Assembly: GCA_964493435.1 (NCBI GenBank)
Contig: CAZBMB010000005.1
Span: 70,588-134,587, forward strand
Reading direction: 5' to 3'
Source of the DNA: an uncultured Dehalococcoidaceae bacterium
Lineage (GTDB): Bacteria; Chloroflexota; Dehalococcoidia; Dehalococcoidales; RBG-16-60-22
Length of the DNA stretch: 64,000 nucleotides
Shown here: in pieces, positions 32,083-40,829 of the stretch
Numbering within the stretch: position 1 is the first letter of the stretch
Layout: each line of letters opens with the position of its first letter
Notes under the pieces: generated by a model
Database searches by the model: none
Told to the model about the DNA's origin: nothing
Seen by the model: only the letters and a program-made list of their open reading frames with translations
Made by a program: the position numbers and the translations under genes

Positions 32083-32163
32083 AAGACGCTAATGCATCGC
32101 AGCTTCATACGCATTGCTAACACTCAGGCTAAATGCTATAATTGTAGGACTGTATTCCCAGAG

Positions 32164-32652
32164 ATGGTAGAGCGAAAGCGGTTTATCGCCGTTATCGGTG
32201 GCAGCGACTGTACCCCAGAAGAAGCCAGGCTGGCGGAGGAGGTGGGGCGAGAAATCGCCAGAAGTGGTGCGGTACTGGTCTGCGGGGGATTGGGCGGTAT
32301 CATGACTGCCGCCTGCAAAGGCGCCAGCGCTGACGGTGGATTGACCATCGGCGTACTCCCAGGCAGTAGCAGACAGACGGCCAACCGGTATGTGCAGATA
32401 CCAATCGTGACCAACCTGGGCGAAGCGAGGAATGTTATCGTAGTCAAGAGTGCTGAGGCAGTCATAGCTATCGGCGGCGGTTATGGCACTCTATCCGAAA
32501 TTGGCCACGCGCTGCGCAATGACATCCCGGTCATCGGCCTGAATACCTGGTCGCTGTCACGGAATGCCCGGCCGGATAACTCCATCGCCCCTGCTCAGAA
32601 CCCACAGGAGGCGGTGGAAAAAGCGCTCAATATGATAAATGACCGTAGTTAA
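32164..32652 (+). CDS. TIGR00725/LOG-like Rossmann-fold nucleotide-binding protein
   Basis: Contains IAVIGGSDCTPEE...LVCGGLGGIM...AIGGGYGTLSE. ATG at 32164; the track ORF start at 32092 adds an unconserved leader. Confidence 0.65.
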   Translation: MVERKRFIAVIGGSDCTPEEARLAEEVGREIARSGAVLVCGGLGGIMTAACKGASADGGLTIGVLPGSSRQTANRYVQIPIVTNLGEARNVIVVKSAEAVIAIGGGYGTLSEIGHALRNDIPVIGLNTWSLSRNARPDNSIAPAQNPQEAVEKALNMINDRS

Positions 32653-35013
<2,361 letters not shown>

Positions 35014-35132
35014 TGGCACTGGAAATAACGAAAAGAGGGTTACTTTTGAGGGAGGGACTTTTTTCTATACTGACCGCGTACCAGTACCGCACACAACACG
35101 CCTCATCTTCACATCTTGAAAAAAGTAAATCA

Positions 35133-35162
35133 TTGACATTGACGGGGAATAATGTCTAAAAT
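35133..35162 (+). promoter_or_regulatory. Promoter of tubulin-like gene 1
   Basis: ATTGACATT (-35 TTGACA at 35133-35138), 18 nt, TAAAATAAC (-10 at 35157-35162). The same extended boxes occur in front of paralog 2. Confidence 0.5.
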
Positions 35163-35190
35163 AACACAAGTCACAAAATAAGGTATAAAG

Positions 35191-36366
35191 TTGAAATTAA
35201 TTATAGTTGGTTTTGGACAGTGTGGCGGCCGAATTGCTGACGAATTTGCCCGACTGAACCGCAGGGCACATGTTCAACGCGGTATCGATATTGTTGCCAA
35301 CGTCTTCGCCGTCAACACCGATGTTGCCGACCTCAGCGGCCTGACCGGCATCAGAGCCGATTATCACCATCGCATCCTCATTGGTGGCCGTAAGACTGGT
35401 GGCCACGGCGTGGGTAAAATCAACGAGCTGGGCGCGGAGATCGCCAAAGAGGATGGCGATAAGATAATTGAAACGATAAGAACCAGCAAGCGTTTCACGG
35501 AAGCGGATGCGTTCCTGCTCATCGCGGGCGCGGCCGGCGGTACCGGTTCCGGCGCACTTCCCGTAATAACGCAACTGATTAAAGAGCGCTATGTGGATAA
35601 GCCAGTATATAACCTCGTTGTCCTGCCCTTTGAGCATGAAGAAGCCACCGAGGAAAGAACCATATACAATGCAGCTACTTGTCTGAAATCAGCCTATCTG
35701 GTGGCGGACGCCATCTTCCTGGTTGATAACCAGAGATACGTAATGAAAGATGCGTCAATTAGAAGCAACCTAGCCAAAATTAATGCCCTGATTGCTGACC
35801 CATTCTACAATCTGCTCTGCGCCGGCGAGGAAAAAAAGCACCAGTACATCGGGGCGAAGATACTTGATGCCGGAGATATCATACAGACGCTGACCGGGTG
35901 GACAGCCATTGGTTACGGGCGGTCCGAAATCTCATTAGCCAAGAAAATAATGGCCCGTACGCGCGATTTCAGAAACAAGGCCACGGAAGCCCAGAAGGGA
36001 TCCCAGGCCATGGATGAAGCCATCAGTGGACTTTCAATGAAGGTAAATCCGATAGATTCAAAGAGAGCGCTCTATCTGGTTTCTGCCCCGCCCAAAGAAA
36101 TGAATGTCGATCTCATCAAGGAACTCGGCACGTATCTCAAGAGCCTCGCTCCCGAGGCAGTCATAAGAAGCGGTGATTATCCCAGGGAGAAGGGGCTGCT
36201 AGACATCACCGTCATCCTGTCGGAACTCAGTGATGTGGAGAAGGTGAGGAACTACTTTACCAAGACAATCAGCCTCATTACCGCTCTGAAGAAGAGACAG
36301 GAAGGCATTGAAGACAAGTACCGGGGTATAGAGGTCACCCTCAAAGATATACCATCCTTAATTTAA
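35191..36366 (+). CDS. Tubulin/FtsZ-superfamily GTPase, CetZ-like, paralog 1
   Basis: MKLIIVGFGQCGGRIADEF (tubulin/CetZ-type GQxG T1 loop), AGAAGGTGSG (tubulin-signature-like T4 loop), FLVDNQR, LDAGDIIQTL (T7-like), and a C-terminal ...KDIPSLI. TTG start. Confidence 0.8.
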   Translation: MKLIIVGFGQCGGRIADEFARLNRRAHVQRGIDIVANVFAVNTDVADLSGLTGIRADYHHRILIGGRKTGGHGVGKINELGAEIAKEDGDKIIETIRTSKRFTEADAFLLIAGAAGGTGSGALPVITQLIKERYVDKPVYNLVVLPFEHEEATEERTIYNAATCLKSAYLVADAIFLVDNQRYVMKDASIRSNLAKINALIADPFYNLLCAGEEKKHQYIGAKILDAGDIIQTLTGWTAIGYGRSEISLAKKIMARTRDFRNKATEAQKGSQAMDEAISGLSMKVNPIDSKRALYLVSAPPKEMNVDLIKELGTYLKSLAPEAVIRSGDYPREKGLLDITVILSELSDVEKVRNYFTKTISLITALKKRQEGIEDKYRGIEVTLKDIPSLI

Positions 36367-36374
36367 TCCGCAAC

Positions 36375-36418
36375 AACCAATCACGCACAAGTGTATCAGT
36401 CAAGTCAGGAAGTACTCC
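36375..36418 (+). repeat. Left arm of the inverted repeat flanking the small coiled-coil gene
   Basis: AACCAATCAC-5nt-AGTGTATCAGT-6nt-AGGAAGTACTCC. This is the reverse complement of 36962-37010 except for the variable spacers and 1 mismatch in the last block. Confidence 0.75.
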
Positions 36419-36436
36419 GTCGGCTTTCCACCTCAC

Positions 36437-36961
36437 CTATCGAGAAAGCTTGGCGTATATACTCCAAGCCTGAACTACGGTTTCTTCGCGGAGTTGCCAG
36501 GCCCCAGCAAGCGCCTCTTCCCTCCTCTTCTTAGCCTCCTCTATCCGCTCCTCGCACCTCCTCTCCGCCTGTTCTTTTTCCTTCTTGAACGCTCTTTCTG
36601 CCTGCGAAACGGCATCATCACGCGCTTTAAGTGCCGAGGCTAACATCTCATCGCGTGCTTGCATAGCCTCTTTTACCGCTTCATCATGGGCTTTCTCCGC
36701 CTGCTGCTCGGCACGCTTGTAGGCTTTGGCAATTTGTTGCTCATTGGCCCGATAGGCACTGGCCACCTGCCGCTGCGCTTCCATGAAAGCAGCGTAAGCT
36801 CTTTCTGCCTGTCCCAATACCTCCTCAAGCGGCGTAGACGGTTGCGCTTCTACTTCGGCGCTGACCTCTTCCACTTCTTCAGGAACGGCTTCAGCCGCTT
36901 CCTCAACTACTTCTTCGGCTTCCTCATTAACCTTTTTGGCCTGTTCCTTTGGGTTCGCCAT
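36437..36961 (-). CDS. Ala/Glu/Lys-rich coiled-coil protein (174 aa), acidic N-terminus
   Basis: Strong AGGAGGT RBS. Composition-biased helical sequence (AERAYAAFMEAQRQVASAYRANEQQIAKAYKRAEQQAEKAHDEAVKEA...). I recognise no enzymatic motif. Confidence 0.7.
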   Translation of the reverse strand: MANPKEQAKKVNEEAEEVVEEAAEAVPEEVEEVSAEVEAQPSTPLEEVLGQAERAYAAFMEAQRQVASAYRANEQQIAKAYKRAEQQAEKAHDEAVKEAMQARDEMLASALKARDDAVSQAERAFKKEKEQAERRCEERIEEAKKRREEALAGAWQLREETVVQAWSIYAKLSR

Positions 36962-37010
36962 GGAGTACCTCCTGCGTTAATATTACTGATACACTGATTT
37001 GTGATTGGTT
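36962..37010 (-). repeat. Right arm of the inverted repeat (5' leader / RBS of the small coiled-coil gene)
   Basis: On the minus strand: AACCAATCAC-AAATC-AGTGTATCAGT-AATATTAACGC-AGGAGGTACTCC, then ATG. Confidence 0.75.
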
Positions 37011-37023
37011 TTTATATAATCTT

Positions 37024-39195
37024 TTATTCCTCAGTATCTTCATCCTCCTCCTCTACATTATCTTCACCGGCCGGTTCGTCTTTCTTATCCTCATACATCC
37101 GTGCCAGAAAGTTCAAACGTGCTTCTATCTTTTCTTTTCCCTTACCACGAGGCGCCTTTGATTTACCCTTTACATTTGATTCCTTGGCCCTGCCAATTGC
37201 CTGAGCAAAGGCTTTGAGTGTTGCTTCAGCAGTCTCTTCATCAGTTGTTCCAGCTACCTCAGCAACCGGCTCTTCCTCGCGAGATTCCTCTGCCTCACCA
37301 ATAGATTTTTCAAAAGCTTTTAACGATGCGTCAGCTGCTTCCCTCGCCTCATTTCCTTCTGCCTCAACGCGCAGAATGGCCCGCTCAAACGCTCCCATGG
37401 CCGCTTCTGCTGCCTCTTTGGCAACCCGCGTAGTCTCAGCGGTTGCCTCCTTGGCAGCCCGCACCGTGGCTTCAGCAGCCTGTTTAGCTGCCTTCGCAGA
37501 TTCCTTGGTGGTCTTTTTTGTCTCCTGACTTATTGACTCGACCCGACTTATCGCTTCTTCAAAGGCCTTCACCGAGGTTTCGGCAGCCTCTCTGGCAGCT
37601 CTGGTAGCCAGCTTGGTAGCTTCTTTGACCGCTTTAATTGATTCATCAGCCGTATCTTTGGTTTCCTTGCCAATTGCCTCTGCCTTGCTTATTACCTCCT
37701 GGGAGGCTGTGGTCGCCGCCTCGGCGGCTTCTTTGGCAATACGCGTCGCTTCTTCAATCGCTTCCTGAGATGCCTGCGTTGCGGCCTCGTTTGTTTCCCT
37801 GGCTTCTCGTCCAATTTCCTCAGCTCGACTTATTGCCTCCTGAGAGGTACTGGTTGATGCTTCGGCGGCTTCCTGGGCAGTTTTAATCGCTGTTTCCGCG
37901 GCTTCCTGGGTTGCCTGGGCCGAAGTATCAGCGATCTCTTTGGCCTCCTGACTGACCTGTTCAATCTGCGCTATCGCCTCCTCCGAGGCACGGGCCGATG
38001 CTTCAGCCCTCTCCTGCGTAGTCGTAACCGCGTCCTCTGCCCGCCTCAACGTCTCCACGCTCATCTTATCAACCCGCTCCAGCGCTGTCTCAAAGGTCCT
38101 GACCAGTTTATCATGCGCGGCTTGTATCTCATCTCTTACCGCTTCGGCACGACTGATTGCTTCCTGAGACTCTCTTGACGATGCGTCAGCGGCTTCTTTG
38201 GAGGCAGCGATTGCCGCGTCAACAGCCTCCCTGGTAGCCATGGTAGCTTCCTCTATCGCTGCCCTGTTTTCCAGGCTTATTGCCTCAGCTCTATTTATAG
38301 CTTCCTTTGAAGCCTTGGCGGAATTCGCGGCCGCCAGCTTGGTATCCTTGCTAATCGCCTCGGCACGAACCATTGCTTCCTGCGATGTTCTCAATGAGGT
38401 CTCGGCAAGCCCCTTGGCATCGGTGCTGATTTTATCCGCCCGGAACGCCACTTCCTTAGCCGCTTTTGACGCTGCCTCGGACATTTCCTTTGTTGTCTGG
38501 CTGGCTCTCTCCGCCCTGATGGCAGCCGCTCTGGCTTCCCTTAGCGATGCTCCTGTAGCTATTTGGGCATCATGGCTCACCTTCTCTGCCTTGCCGGAAG
38601 CTTCCTTGGCAGCCTTAATGGATTCCTCAGCCGCTTCTTTGGCAAGCCGACCAGCTTCTTCAGCCTTGTCAAGTTCCTCTTTAGCTGCTTTAGCCGCAGA
38701 CCCAGCAACCTCCCTAGCCTCAGCAGTTATTTCAGTGACCCGAGTCAGCCCTTCTTCTGAAGCAACGTATGCCGCCTCCGCCGCTTCCATGGCCTCTTTG
38801 CTTATCTCCTCGGCACGATTTATGGCTTCCTGAAAACGCTTGGTGATTGCTTTGGCGGCTTCTTTTGGAGTACGCGCTGTTTCCTCAGCCCGTCTTATCG
38901 CCTCTTCAGCGGCAGCAATAGCAGCATCCGCGCTTTCCCGCACCTCCCGGTTGACCTCATCCGCACGCTTTATCGCCTCTTCGGCAGCTTTTCTGGCGGC
39001 GTCGGCAGCTTCTTTTGCCTCCAGGCTGATCTGCTCGGCACGCTTTATCGCTTTCTGAGCAGCAACGGTGGTCGACCCAGCCGCCTCCATAGCGGCACGA
39101 CTCAGCTGTTCCGCCCGGGCAACAGCCTTCTCAAAGGCGCCGATTTCTTGCTCAGCGCTATCCAGTACTTCACGCGATGGTGCTTCTCTCGCCAT
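37024..39195 (-). CDS. Large Ala/Glu-rich repeat coiled-coil protein (about 723 aa) with a basic patch and an acidic C-terminal tail
   Basis: More than 20 recurrences of an (E/K)A(I/L)x(R/K)(A/V)(E/D)x(I/V)(S/G) unit. C-terminus reads KGKSKAPRGKGKEKIEARLNFLARMYEDKK...EDNVEEEDEDTEE. ATG at 39195 (GAGG upstream), with an alternative GTG at 39204. Confidence 0.8.
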   Translation of the reverse strand: MAREAPSREVLDSAEQEIGAFEKAVARAEQLSRAAMEAAGSTTVAAQKAIKRAEQISLEAKEAADAARKAAEEAIKRADEVNREVRESADAAIAAAEEAIRRAEETARTPKEAAKAITKRFQEAINRAEEISKEAMEAAEAAYVASEEGLTRVTEITAEAREVAGSAAKAAKEELDKAEEAGRLAKEAAEESIKAAKEASGKAEKVSHDAQIATGASLREARAAAIRAERASQTTKEMSEAASKAAKEVAFRADKISTDAKGLAETSLRTSQEAMVRAEAISKDTKLAAANSAKASKEAINRAEAISLENRAAIEEATMATREAVDAAIAASKEAADASSRESQEAISRAEAVRDEIQAAHDKLVRTFETALERVDKMSVETLRRAEDAVTTTQERAEASARASEEAIAQIEQVSQEAKEIADTSAQATQEAAETAIKTAQEAAEASTSTSQEAISRAEEIGREARETNEAATQASQEAIEEATRIAKEAAEAATTASQEVISKAEAIGKETKDTADESIKAVKEATKLATRAAREAAETSVKAFEEAISRVESISQETKKTTKESAKAAKQAAEATVRAAKEATAETTRVAKEAAEAAMGAFERAILRVEAEGNEAREAADASLKAFEKSIGEAEESREEEPVAEVAGTTDEETAEATLKAFAQAIGRAKESNVKGKSKAPRGKGKEKIEARLNFLARMYEDKKDEPAGEDNVEEEDEDTEE

Positions 39196-39393
39196 CAACC
39201 TCACACCAAATTGTTTTACACAATTCTAATATACGTTTACTATATTTTCAACATTTTTTATTAAGTCAAGAATTCTTCCAGATAATATTTGGGCAATCAT
39301 TGACTTCACCACAGTCTTATTTTTACTCTCCCCCGACGTTATTACCAGATACTTTATTACTACGTTTATCAGTACCTCCCTAAAGCGCAGAGA

Positions 39394-39423
39394 TTGACAT
39401 TATACTACAAGTGTGTTTAAAAT
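39394..39423 (+). promoter_or_regulatory. Promoter of tubulin-like gene 2
   Basis: ATTGACATT (-35 at 39394-39399), 18 nt, TAAAATAAC (-10 at 39418-39423), within an AT-rich 250-bp divergent intergenic region. Confidence 0.5.
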
Positions 39424-39457
39424 AACTAAACTCTATAATTTTCATCAGAGGTGGGCT

Positions 39458-40636
39458 ATGAAACTAGTAGTCGTAGGTTTCGGACAGTGTGGTGGTCGAA
39501 TTGCTGACGAGTTTGCCCGTTTGAACAAGAAAGCTAAAAGCCAGCGTGGCATTGAGATAGTCACCGGTTGCTACGCGGTCAATGCCGATGCGGCTGACCT
39601 GAGCGGTCTCACCAGCATCAAAAAGGATTACCAGCATAGGATCCTCATCGGTAGTCGCAAGACAGGCGGCCACGGCGTGGGTAAGATAAACGAACTCGGC
39701 GCTGAGATCGCCCGAGAGGATGGCGATAAGGTAATCGACGCGATAAGAACCACAAAACGTTTCTTTGAGACAGATGCCTTCCTGTTTATTGCCAGTGCCG
39801 CCGGTGGCACCGGTTCCGGGTCAGTCTCAGTGATGACGCAGCACATAAAAGAAAGATATGTCGATAAGCCTATTTACAATCTCATCGTCCTTCCCTTTGA
39901 ACATGAGGAAACCACCGAGGACCGAACCATGTATAATACCGCCACCTGTTTAAAGTCCTCATACTCCGTGGCTGACGCCGTATTTCTGGTGGACAACCAG
40001 AGATTCGTACGCAAGGATTCTTCTATCAAAGGTAATATTTCCAAAATCAACGCCATGATTGCGGAGCCGTTCTACAACATGCTGTGTGCCGGCGAGGAAA
40101 AGAAAGCCAAGTACATTGCCTCAAAGGTGCTTGATGCCGGCGATATTATCCAGACGCTGGTTGGCTGGACGGTAATCGGCTACGGTAAGTCGGATATCCC
40201 TCTAATCAGGTTCCGTCGCGAATCAAGGCGTGATTTCAGGGCTAAAGGAGATGAGACCTTAAAGGGCATCCAGGCCATGGATGAAGCCATAAGCGAGCTG
40301 TCACTGAAATGCAATCCTGTTGATTCCAAGAGATCTCTTTACCTCATCTCGGCGCCGGGCAAAGAGATGAACATGGACATGGTTAAAGCTCTCGGGGATT
40401 ATATGAGGGATATTGCACCGGAAGCCCTTATCAGAAACGGCGATTATCCACGTGAAAGAGGCGTGCTTGATGTTACCGTAATCCTGTCCGAACTCAGTGA
40501 TGTGGAAAAGGTGCGAACTTACTATACCCAGTCCACCCAGCTTATCCCCGAGTTCAAGAAGCGACAGGAAGAAACCGAAGTCAAACTGAGAGCCATAGAA
40601 GACGCCTCCAAAGACATCCCGTCCCTGCTCTCTTAA
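39458..40636 (+). CDS. Tubulin/FtsZ-superfamily GTPase, CetZ-like, paralog 2
   Basis: MKLVVVGFGQCGGRIADEF, ASAAGGTGSG, FLVDNQR, LDAGDIIQTL, and a C-terminal ...KDIPSLLS. About two-thirds identical to paralog 1 by eye. The ATG at 39458 has a GAGGTG RBS; the track start at 39413 adds 15 unconserved residues. Confidence 0.8.
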   Translation: MKLVVVGFGQCGGRIADEFARLNKKAKSQRGIEIVTGCYAVNADAADLSGLTSIKKDYQHRILIGSRKTGGHGVGKINELGAEIAREDGDKVIDAIRTTKRFFETDAFLFIASAAGGTGSGSVSVMTQHIKERYVDKPIYNLIVLPFEHEETTEDRTMYNTATCLKSSYSVADAVFLVDNQRFVRKDSSIKGNISKINAMIAEPFYNMLCAGEEKKAKYIASKVLDAGDIIQTLVGWTVIGYGKSDIPLIRFRRESRRDFRAKGDETLKGIQAMDEAISELSLKCNPVDSKRSLYLISAPGKEMNMDMVKALGDYMRDIAPEALIRNGDYPRERGVLDVTVILSELSDVEKVRTYYTQSTQLIPEFKKRQEETEVKLRAIEDASKDIPSLLS

Positions 40637-40653
40637 AGCGCTATAGACCTGGC

Positions 40654-40711
40654 AAGCCAGCTTTGCGGCGGAAGAAAAAAATTCGGCTGAGCAAAGCTGG
40701 CTTTTTATTTT
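40654..40711 (+). terminator. Rho-independent terminator after tubulin-like gene 2
   Basis: 13-bp stem AAGCCAGCTTTGC (40654-40666) / GCAAAGCTGGCTT (40691-40703) running into TTTTTATTTT. Confidence 0.7.
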
Positions 40712-40829
40712 AAAGCGGCACAGGGTATTAAAAAACAATAAAAGACCTGTACACAATGTATTGAACCTGACTTCATAACGGCTGACAACCGCCTAGAAAC
40801 ACCACCCCATATGGGTTATAATAAGTAAA

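Noticed and set aside
38198-38833. 211-aa plus-strand ORF (Ala/Ser-rich) inside the large coiled-coil gene
   Set aside because: It is the antisense shadow of GCN/GAR-rich repeat codons. It has no RBS, and its low-complexity composition mirrors the minus-strand gene.
39413-39457. 15-codon N-terminal extension of tubulin-like paralog 2 (MFKITKLYNFHQRWA)
   Set aside because: Paralog 1 and the family motif start at MKL. A GAGGTG RBS precedes the internal ATG at 39458, and the extension overlaps the predicted -10 box and TSS.
40637-40829. Expected SRP (4.5S/ffs) RNA, which often precedes dnaX
   Set aside because: The region contains only the terminator of the tubulin-like gene and AT-rich spacer. 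There is no GGAAGCAGC-type domain IV motif.
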